From Octopus sinensis (lineage: Eukaryota), in NCBI RefSeq assembly GCF_006345805.1, contig NC_043026.1, positions 6,882,001-6,946,000 on the forward strand: a stretch of DNA of 64,000 bases, read 5' to 3'. Below are positions 53,826 through 64,000 of this stretch, in pieces. How positions within the stretch are numbered: the first letter of the stretch is position 1; each line of letters begins with the position of its first letter. The notes under the pieces are model-generated. The model worked only from the letters and a program-made list of their open reading frames with translations. It was not told the DNA's origin and did not search any database. The position numbers were made by a program, and so were the translations under genes.

Positions 53826-54057
53826 CATATATACATAACTATATAACATATATACACATATATACATATACATATAACATATATACACATATAACATATT
53901 AACATAATACATATATACTATTATATATATTATATATATACATATATATACACATATATATACACATATATATATACATATATATATACATATATATATA
54001 TATATACACATATATATACACATATTATATATACATTATTATATATATATATATACA

Positions 54058-54092
<35 letters not shown>
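52283..54092. repeat. 1.8-kb (TA)/(CA) compound microsatellite
   Basis: Almost exclusively TATA/TACA. Similar arrays lie at 22490-22940, 46970-47690, 59620-60150 and 61585-61890. Confidence 0.95.
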
Positions 54093-54093
<1 letters not shown>

Positions 54094-55425
54094 CATCATC
54101 GTTTGACGCCGTTTTCCATGCTAGCATGGGTTATGTATATAAATATATATACATATATATATATATATACACACACACAATAAAACGAATATGTATATAT
54201 ATGTGTGTATAGATATGTGTATGTGTTTATATATATATATATGTGTGTATAAATGTGTGTATAATATATATATGTATATACATATATATATGTATGTGTG
54301 TATATTTATGTGTATATGTGTGTGTATATACACACACACACGTGTGTGTGTGTGTGTGTAGAGTGAATCATGAAAAGTATCATTATTACTGATAATGGGT
54401 GTGTAGAGCAGCAGATATACAAACAATGTGGTCATTATACACACCTATTAATGATATATCATACATACTCAAACGCACACACAAACACATATACACACAA
54501 ACATGTACATAACACAAATACATACATATACACACACACATACACAAACATACATGTAGACACATCAAAACACAAACAACACACATATATATATATACAC
54601 ACACAAATATGTTTATATACACAAACACACGTATATATATATATATACACTCAACATTCTTCAAATAGCCTACTTCCATTATAAGTGGGTGGTGGAGGGG
54701 ACAAAGCCCTCCTCCTCTTCCATCCCTCCCCTAACATATCCAACAAGTTCCCCCTCTTCATCCCCCCCACACACCCAGGGTCGTCACCATGGCAACCAAC
54801 CAACTCCCACATAACCACATCCAACAACAGAGAAACAAACTTCAGTTTTTTCCAAAGAAGGAGGCATTCAACGTGGTTGACCAGCCAGCTAGAAACAACA
54901 GCCAAACTGCCCTCAAATCTTACCCTACTGTCTTCAGGACAAACTATATGTGTGTGTGCGTATGTGCGTGAGTGTGTGTGTGTATGTGTAAGAAAGTGTA
55001 AGCTTGATGTGCAAAAACATGAGGTGGTCATGGCTGGAACATCTTTGATCATGGATCTGCTGGATCTGGGCCGACGTGGGGTTAAATAGCAACAACTATT
55101 AAGAAGGACACACTAAATAATGTAGCCTTAGATGAACTATGCCAGAATAAAAGATGGGAAGGTCATGGTTGGAATGCCTTTCATTAGATCTGCTAGTTCC
55201 GAGGTTACATAACAACAATATCAAGGAAAGATACATTAAGTAAGATACTCTTAGATACACTATCACATGCTCATGTGACTGACCAGGCTGTCTGATGTTA
55301 CACATCGCTGGTCACAATGCGATTTTTTGCAAATGGCATCACCCCGCTGGTTAGGTGAGCAGGCCAACACCCAATCGGAAGGGGGTGTGGAGCAATGTGA
55401 AATGAAGTGTCTTGCTCAAGAACTA

Positions 55426-55823
55426 GGTGCAGGAGTGGCTGTGTGGTAAGTAGCTTGTTTACCAACCACATGGTTCCGGGTTCAGTCCCACTGTGTGGCA
55501 CCTTGGGCAAGTGTCTTCTACTATAGCCTCGGGCCGACCAAAGCCTTGTCAGTGGATTTGGTAGATGGAAACTGAAAAGAAGCCCGTCGTATATATATAT
55601 ATATATTTGTGTGTGTATGTATGTCTGTGTTTTCCCCCTAGCATTGCTTGACAACCGATGCTGGTGTTTATGTCCCCGTTACTTAGCGGTTCGGCAAAAG
55701 AGACCGATAGAATAAGTACTGGGCTTACAAAAGAATAAGTCCCGGGGTCAAGTTGCTCGACTAAAGGCGGTGCTCCAGCATGGCCACAGTCAAATGACTG
55801 AAACAAGTAAAAGAGTAAAAGAG
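55426..55823 (+). mobile_element. SINE family A
   Basis: Full length, near consensus. Confidence 0.9.
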
Positions 55824-56243
55824 TAACACAATATGCCAGCCAGTCTGAGAATTGAACCCACGATCTAGCGATTGCAAATGCAACAGCCTAACCACTTAGC
55901 CATGTGCCTTCACACTATGCCTGAATAAAAGATGGATTGGTTGTAGCTGGGCCACCCTTGAGCTGGCTGTGGCCAACCCATCCTGCTGGATCAGAGATGA
56001 CCAGGGGCTACACAATAAAAAAAAAAGAAAATAATGGACATCAGATAATGTAGTCCAAGATACATAATGCCCAAATGAAAGATAAGGTCACGACAGGAAT
56101 GTCTTTGATCACGGGTCTGCTGGACCTCTGCTGATTTGGCCTGGTGCTAAATGAATCACAGCAGAAAAAGGAACAACACATTTGACGATGTATCTCTAGG
56201 TAGACTGTGACTATGCCTCAATAAAAGGTGGAATGAAGACAGC

Positions 56244-56274
<31 letters not shown>

Positions 56275-56289
56275 TAGAAAGAAAGAGAA

Positions 56290-56328
<39 letters not shown>

Positions 56329-57166
56329 TTTAGCTGTTATTTCTAGCAAATCCTGTAACCCTCTTTAAGCATGGTGAGGACACCCGTCCCCCACTCGCCA
56401 GATAGTAATGGTGGGGAGTATGTGAGGGGTGGCGCTGGAAAGTGGAGGGGAAGGGTGAGACCTGACATCGCCAAAAACCGACTCTCAACATCGCATTTCC
56501 TTGATCTAGGCTTGATGGCCTCATTTGGACTTCCTTCTTGTTCTCAGAATCATCATCATCATCATCACCATAACAACTATCGTTGTTAATTGCTATATAC
56601 ATCACTGTATCCACTACTCACCATCACCACCATCATCATCATCATCACTATAAGTCTTCCTCATCACCCACCTCGGTCCATCCTCCACCACCACAACCAA
56701 CACTTCATCCGTCTCCTCCGTGGCCAACGCCATCACTGTTATCATGGTTCTCTATCCCACCCTCATCACAATCATCAGCATCAGTCAGCAGGAGGACACA
56801 GCAGCCTCCAGGACCAGTTTACTGCTTTCAAAAAAAATAGCAGATATGAAACACTGCCACAATTTTGACAGGATAATCACGTGCAAATTAGAACAGAGAT
56901 CATCATCATCATCATTTAGCGTCCGCTTTCCATGCTGGCATGGGTTGGACGGTGCAACTGGGGTCTGGGAAGCCAGAAGGCTGCACCAAGCTCCAATCTT
57001 GATCTGGCAGTGTTTCTACAGCTGGATGCCCTTCCTAACACCAACCACTCCGTGAGTGTAGTGGGTGCTTTTTACGTGCCACCTGCACAGGTGCCATACG
57101 GGGCTGGCAAACGGCCACGATGTGTGCATATTTTATACACACACACACATATATACTCTCACACAC

Positions 57167-57448
57167 ATTTTACTCTTTTATTCTTGTATTTGTTTCAGTC
57201 ATTTGACTGTGGCCATGCTGGAGCAAATCGACCCCAGAGCATATTCTTTGTAAGCCTAGAACTTATTCTATCAGTCTCTCTTTTCCGAACCACTAAGTTA
57301 TGGGGACATAAACACACCAACATTGATTGTCAAGTGATGGTGGGGGACAAACGCACACATATGATGGGCTTCTTTCAGTTTCCATCTACCAAATCCACTC
57401 ACAAAGCTTTGGCCGGCCTGAGGTTAGAGCAGAAGACACTTGCTCAAG
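57167..57448 (-). mobile_element. SINE family A, head truncated
   Basis: Tail and part of the head. Confidence 0.75.
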
Positions 57449-57603
57449 GCAACGAGAGAGGGTGTGGCAAGGGAGAGAGAGGGTGTGGCAAGGGAGAGAG
57501 AGGGTGTGGCAAGGGAGAGAGAGGGTGTGGCAATGAGAGAGAGGGTGTGGCAATGAGAGAGAGGGTGTGGCAATGAGAGAGAGGGTGTGGTAATGAGAGG
57601 GTG
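57448..57603. repeat. 20-21-bp minisatellite
   Basis: GTGTGGCAAGGGAGAGAGAGG / GTGTGGCAATGAGAGAGAGG, about 7 copies. Confidence 0.9.
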
Positions 57604-58339
57604 CAAACTGGCCCCAAAATCAAGTGGTTTATGCTGTCCCTTTTGACAATTTTCCAGATGACCCCATAAGCTCGCTGGTATGGGGAGGGGGGGGGGCTTG
57701 CAAGGGGTGGCACTTGTGTTTGCAAGTTGGGTTTTTTCCTAAAAAAAAAAGAATCTAGATTGTTAAGATGACCATCACAGCAGGAGAGGGTGGGGGAGGG
57801 GGTCAGTGGTGCTCCAGTATGGCCGTGGTCCAACGAATGAAGGAATCAAAGAAGGTTACAGAAAAACAAAACAAAAAGCAAAACAACCTCAGCAGAAATT
57901 ATTTCCATTTTGTGGCGATTTTTGTTGATAATTTGGCAAAAATTGTTTGGAAAAGGTAAAAGGAAAAAAGAAGAGGAAAGGGAAGAGGAATAAAGAAGAA
58001 ATGGAAAGGAAAGGGAAGGAAAAGAGCAGAGGGGGGAATGAAGAGAGGAGAGGGTGGTAGAAAGAGGGAGGGTATGAGGGGAAAAGAAGGGGAGGTGAAA
58101 AAGATAGGGAGAGGGAGAAATAGGGAGAGAAAAGATGGAGAGATGGGGAGGGAGAGAGCTGGAGGGAGGGAGGGACCAAGACAGAGAGAGAGAACTATAG
58201 AGAGAGAGAGAGAACGCCAGAGAAAGAGAGAGCCAGAGAGAGAGAGAAAACTGGAGAGAGAGAGAGAGAGAACGCCAGAGAGAGAGTGCCAGAGAAACAG
58301 AGCGAGCAGAGACAGGCAGAGGGAGAGACAGAAAGACAG

Positions 58340-58386
<47 letters not shown>

Positions 58387-58985
58387 AAGAGAGAGAGAAA
58401 GAGAGAACCAGCGAGAGGGAGAGATGGCGAGAGAGAGCTGGGGGAGAGAGATGGTGAGAGAGGAGAGAGAGCTTTGCCAAATGTAATTTCCTTTGTTTCT
58501 AAGAATTTCGTCCAAATTTCTTGCAGACGAAATTAGAAAGAGAAGAGATGGGGTGGGTGGGGTGGGGTGGGAGTGAGTCCGACCTGCTTACTGGACACTA
58601 CTGACCACTAACACCACCCCCTCCCACAGACCCGTCCAACTAACAGGCCAGCATGCCAAACAAGGTTGCCCTCAGGTGGTCTCTTGACCTGCTAAGAATA
58701 GCAGCCGAGCCTCTTTTCAGATTATTTGTTCTGAAGCCATGAGTTAATTGCAAGCAAACGAGCCGTGTGGTCTGTTCAATGGCAATCTTCCAGGAAAACA
58801 TGCACGGCCACTGTGCTGTTGATGCTTGAAGGGGGAGAGGGGAATGTTGGTGACAGAAGAGGCATCCTGCCGTTGGATTTCATGTGCCACAGTCAAGCAG
58901 AGGAAAATGGACGGGCAACATGTTGGCTTCACCGAGCACATGGTTGTGGATTCTGTCCAACTGCATGGGAAGGAAAGGAAAGGGG

Positions 58986-59020
58986 ATTTCACATTTCGAG
59001 CAGAGCTCTTCATCAGAAAT
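58986..59020 (-). ncRNA. Minimal hammerhead ribozyme motif, nearly intact (N17=G)
   Basis: Reverse complement is ATTT-CTGATGA-A-GAGC-tct-GCTC-GAA-ATGT-G-AAAT. Stem I ATTT/AAAT, stem II GAGC/GCTC. Confidence 0.7.
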
Positions 59021-59169
59021 ATAGAAAAATGTCCAAAGAAGGGGAAGACAGAGAAAGAAAATCACCAACAATACACATGCTGTCACATATACATATATAC
59101 ATACACACACACACACATATCTATATATATATATATATACACATACACACACACATATATATATATATA

Positions 59170-59503
59170 GCCTCGTCTGGCACCTGTGTCGGTGGCACAT
59201 AAAAACACCATCCGAGCGTGGCCGTCTGCCAGCCTCATCTGGCACCTGTGTCGGTGGCACATAAAAACACCATCCGAGCGTGGCCGTTCGCCAGCCTCGT
59301 CTGGCACCTGTGTCGGTGGCACATAAAATCACCCACTACACTCTCGGAGTGGTTGGCGTTAGGAAGGGCAAAACGTAGCGTAGAAAAACTGCCAGATCTG
59401 ACTGGCCTGGTGCAGCCTTCTGGCTTCCCAGACCCCAGTTGAACCGTCCAACCCATGCTAGCATGGAAAGCGGACGTTAAACGATGATGATGATGATGAT
59501 GAT
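59170..59503 (+). mobile_element. RTE-related SINE family E with internal 62-bp tandem repeat
   Basis: GTGGTTGGCGTTAGGAAGGGCA...GCATGGAAAGCGGACGTTAAACGATGATG tail; 62-bp units start at 59170, 59232 and 59294. Other copies: 31990-32300, 35632-35808, 37140-37410, 44800-45025 (+); 38530-38745, 42715-42960, 56899-57120 (-). Confidence 0.8.
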
Positions 59504-59683
59504 ATATATATATATATATATATTAGAAGAAATGAGGTAATCAGAAGATCGGATGGTTCATATTTATAGATATTTATTTATATATTACATTTTTTACATA
59601 TATATATCATATCATTCAGATTATATATATATAATATATATATATATATATACACACACATATATATATATATATACACACAC

Positions 59684-59760
<77 letters not shown>

Positions 59761-60018
59761 CACACACACACACACATATATATATACACACACACATATA
59801 TATATATACATATATATATACACATATATATATATTCACACACACATATATATATACACACACATATACACACACATATATATATACATATATATATATA
59901 CATATATATATACACACATATATATATACACACATATATATATACACATATATATATACATATATATATACACACATATATATATACACACATATATATA
60001 TACACACATATATATATA

Positions 60019-60049
<31 letters not shown>

Positions 60050-60218
60050 ACACATATATATATATACATACACACATACACATATATATATATACATACA
60101 CACACACACACATATATATATATACACACATGCGTACATGTATATATACATATAGTAGCGGTCACTGATAATTAGCCTTGGTGGTTGGAGTGAGTGGGTA
60201 ATGTTACGAGAGAGAGAG

Positions 60219-60253
<35 letters not shown>

Positions 60254-60592
60254 ACAGGACTTCCTTCCCGTGCAGACTCACTTACCCAAACTTTTCATCA
60301 CAACTGCAATGGTCGTTGAAGTGTTTCCCGTATTACTCACCTCTGCCATCACTAACCACACACACACACAACACACACACACACTCACTACATACATCCC
60401 ACCACACACGCACACACACTACATACATCCCACCACACACACACACACACACTCACTACATACATCCCACCACACACACACACACACACATACATTTTCA
60501 CAAGTACATATATATATATATACATACGTAAATATACAGCATAGACATCCAATACGTATTGCACGCACACATATTATACATGCATGAAATAG

Positions 60593-60892
60593 CAGAGTGT
60601 GATTTGGGAAGATTTGGCTGCTATTTCTACCAGGCCTAGCTACCATGTAGAGGTCTCCCTCCTTCGCTCATATATACATAGATAAGACAGTAGGGTGTGA
60701 TTTGAGGGAGATTTGGCTGCTATTTCTACCAGGTTTAGCTACCACGTAGAGGTTTTCCTCATTGGCTCATACATACATATATAAGAGAGTAGGGTGTGAT
60801 TTGAGGGAGATTTGGCTGCTATTTCTACCAGGTCTAGCTACCATGTAGAGAGGTCTCCCTCACTGGCTCACACATGGTAGGGTGTGATTTGA
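60593..60892. repeat. ~90-99-bp tandem repeat, 3 copies
   Basis: GTGTGATTTG..GATTTGGCTGCTATTTCTACCAGG units at ~60593, 60690 and 60789. The core motif is also seen at ~56327 and ~63985. Confidence 0.85.
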
Positions 60893-61582
60893 AGATCACA
60901 CAAAAGCTTCTACAAAGGGGTGGGGGCTACAATTGATAAAGAAGAAACAAAGACAAATCTTGCCATAGGATTCTAGCCATGCAACTGTTTCACATGGAGC
61001 AGTCGTGCTACACCAAAAGGACTGAATAAATATTAATGTCAAAACCAAATTTATAAATGCTTCATGTTTGGGTTATAAGAATTGCAGAGAGTTTAATGGA
61101 GTGCATGGTGTCTTCAACATTTTACACAAATGCAGAAAGACTGGTTACTTTGAAATGGATGTTCTTTTTAAATAGGGCTCCTCCCATGCCCAGTAGGAAA
61201 GTCAGATCATGCTCTAGGTGATGACGGACATTATGGGGGAAGGGAGGAGGTAGGTAGGAGGGGTGAGTGAGGGGAGGGGAAGGTAAAGAATGAGTGAATG
61301 ATGGACCACCAGAGCATCATTATCAATGCAACTGATGGTGAGAGAGAAGGGGGGGAGGCAAGAATGCCAAGACTAGGACAATGAGGAGGAGGAAAGATTG
61401 AGAGATGGAGGAGGTGAAGATAGACAGAAGGACAGAGAAAGAGAGAGGGGAGAAGGCAAGAATGAATGAAAGGGGGGGGGGGAATATTATGCATAGGTAT
61501 TTATTACCAAGTGGATGTATGCATACACACACATCTATGGATATATATGTGTGTGGCCCCCTATGGGGAAAACGTGTGTGTG

Positions 61583-61675
<93 letters not shown>

Positions 61676-61744
61676 TTATATATATGTATATGTATGTATA
61701 TGTATGTATATAGATGTATATATATATATAATATATATATTATG

Positions 61745-61775
<31 letters not shown>

Positions 61776-62024
61776 GTATATATATATGTATATATATATG
61801 TATATGTATGTATATGTATGTATATAGATGTATATATATATATATATATGTATAATATATGTTTATATACATATATATATACATACATCTACACACCCGT
61901 CTGGAGGAGGGTGTACAAGAGAAGGTCAGTGCATGGCCAAGTCAAGGATAGAAAGAATGTGTGTATGGGTGTGGCTAAATATGTGTGTGTGTGTGTGAAC
62001 ATATAGATGTGCATGCATGTGTAT

Positions 62025-62786
62025 TTATTTTATTCTTTTATTCCTTTCAGTCATTTGACTGCGACCATGCTGGAGCACCGCCTTTAAGTAGAACAAATCG
62101 CCCCCAGGACTTATTCCTTGTAAGCCTAGTACTTATTCCATTGGTCTCTTTAGCCGAACTGCTAAGCTACGGGGACGTAAACACACCAACAGCGGTTGTC
62201 AAGTGATGGTGAGGAGGCACACACACACAAACATATGCATGTATACCATGGGCTTCTTTCAGTTTCCTTCTACCAAATCCACTCACAAGGCTTTGGCCAG
62301 CCTGAGGTCATAGCAGAAGACACCTGCCCAGAGTGCCACACAGTGGGACTGAACCCGGAACCATGTGGTTGGTAAGCAAGCTACTTACCACTCAGCTACA
62401 CCTAATGTATATTTTTACCTGTTTCAGTCATTTGACTGTGGCCATGCTGGAGCATCGCCTGTAGTTGAACAAATCGACTCCAGGATTTATTCTTTGTAAG
62501 CCTAGTACTTATTCTATTGGTCTCTTTTGCCGAACAGCTAAGTTACAGGGACGTAAACACACCAACACTGGTTGTCAAGCAGTGGTGGGGAGGGGCCCAA
62601 AACAGACACAAAGAGACACTCATACAACAGGCTTCTTCCAGTTTCCATCAATGAAATTTATTAACAAGCCTTTGGTCAGCCTGGGGCTACAGTAGAAGGT
62701 AATTTATGCAAGATGCCACACAGTGGGACTGAACCTGGAACTGTGTGGTTTGTAAAGAAGCTTCTTACCACACAGCCACGCCTGCG
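62025..62786 (-). mobile_element. Tandem pair of SINE family A copies
   Basis: Copies at 62025-62402 and 62412-62786. Confidence 0.85.
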
Positions 62787-63587
62787 CACACACACACACC
62801 ATGGAACTAAAGAGACTACACTTTCTCCACATTTTTCCCACTCCCATCAGAGGGAAAGAGAGGGAGGAGGAGGAAGGAAAGAGTGGAAGAGGGAGGAGGA
62901 GGGTAAGAGAAGGAGGAGGAGGAGGGAAAGAGAGGGAGAGAAATATAATAATGCAACAAAATACACAAAACTAAAAGAAAATAAAGCTGGGGGGGGGGGG
63001 GGAAGACAAAAGAGTGGAATTATTATTATAGGTCAGTTATAGATGAAAGGGAGAGAGAGGAAGATGGTTAGTGGTGGTGGGAGGAGGAGGAGGAGGTGGT
63101 GGTGGTGGTGAGACAGTGGTGGTAGCGGTGACGGAGGTGGTTGTGGTGGTAGTGATGTGAAGAAGGTGGTTGTTGCAATGGTGGTAGTGGTTGTGATGGT
63201 AGTGATGTAGAGGTGGTGGTGGTGGTTGTGATGGTGGTGGTGGTTGTGATGGTGGTAGTGGTGATGGTGATGTAGAGGTGGTATTAGCCTGACAGTGGTG
63301 GTGATGGTAGTGGTGGTAGTAGTGGTAGTGGTAGTATTAGTGGTGGTGGTGGTAGTAGTAGTAATGGTATCATTATTATTATTATTATTATTATTAGTAG
63401 TAGTAGTAGTAGTAGTAGAAAAAGCAGCTGGGTAAAGGGGTGATGTTGGTGGTTTCACATTGGTGGTGGTGGTGGTCAAGTGACAGTAGTGTTAGGAAGG
63501 TCAGTGTGTGGCCAAATCAGAGAGAGAGAGTTTGTGGGTGGGATTACAATGGAGCTGGGGGGAAGGGTCAGTATTGTAGTGTTGCAA

Positions 63588-63820
63588 GGTGGTGAGCTGG
63601 CAGAACCGGTAGCACGCCGGGTGAAACGCTTAGCAGTATTTCGTCTGTCTTTACGTTCTGAGTTCAAATTCCGCCGAGGTCGACTTTGCCTTTCTTCCTT
63701 TCGGGGTTGATTAAATAAGTACCAGTGATGCACTGGGGTCGATATAATCAACTTAATCCATGTGTCTGTCCTTGTTTGTCCTCTCTGTGTTTAGCCCCTT
63801 GTGGGTAGTAAAGAAATAAG
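63588..63820 (+). mobile_element. SINE family B
   Basis: Full length, near consensus. Confidence 0.9.
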
Positions 63821-64000
63821 TATTGTAGTGTTGCTGGTGTATTGATGTTTAACCCCAGACCAAACTCAATTCAACACATCTATCCACCGTCCCCCACCAA
63901 CTGACCTTCATTTTCCAGGAATCATCCAATGTACCCCCACCATTTTTTTTTTCCCAAGATGGCCATGTATGGCTTGAAAGGAGGATTTGGCTGCTATTGG

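Noticed and set aside
56330-56614. ORF near the expected position of the talin first coding exon
   Set aside because: None of the minus-strand frames resembles the talin N-terminus (LSLKI...KTMQF.P).

Overview
This is eukaryotic, very repeat-rich intronic DNA. The SINE repertoire and microsatellite load strongly suggest a coleoid cephalopod (Octopus-type genome), though the species cannot be fixed from sequence alone. Almost all ORFs in the supplied track are (TA)n/(CA)n/(GA)n/(GAT)n artefacts. The only host coding sequence I can support is two minus-strand exons of talin (FERM-head F0/F1 region; 49728-49825 and 35364-35493), with canonical splice sites, compatible phases and a 14.2-kb intron between them. 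The rest is five or more SINE families (often nested in each other's microsatellite linkers), LINE fragments (RTE, CR1, R4/Dong), hAT- and piggyBac-type MITE remnants, mini-satellites and long microsatellites. The most interesting signal is not in the ORF track: about nine minimal type-I hammerhead-ribozyme motifs in short, Penelope-pLTR-like elements that mostly sit in (TA)n tracts. One has an intact core (15408-15453), two have long extended stem II hairpins, and several are decayed, largely by CpG-type changes. Also notable are a 137-bp tandem repeat with a hammerhead-like arrangement, an R4/Dong retroelement ending about 9 nt from a talin splice donor, and a CpG-rich candidate first exon near 11.8-13.2 kb.
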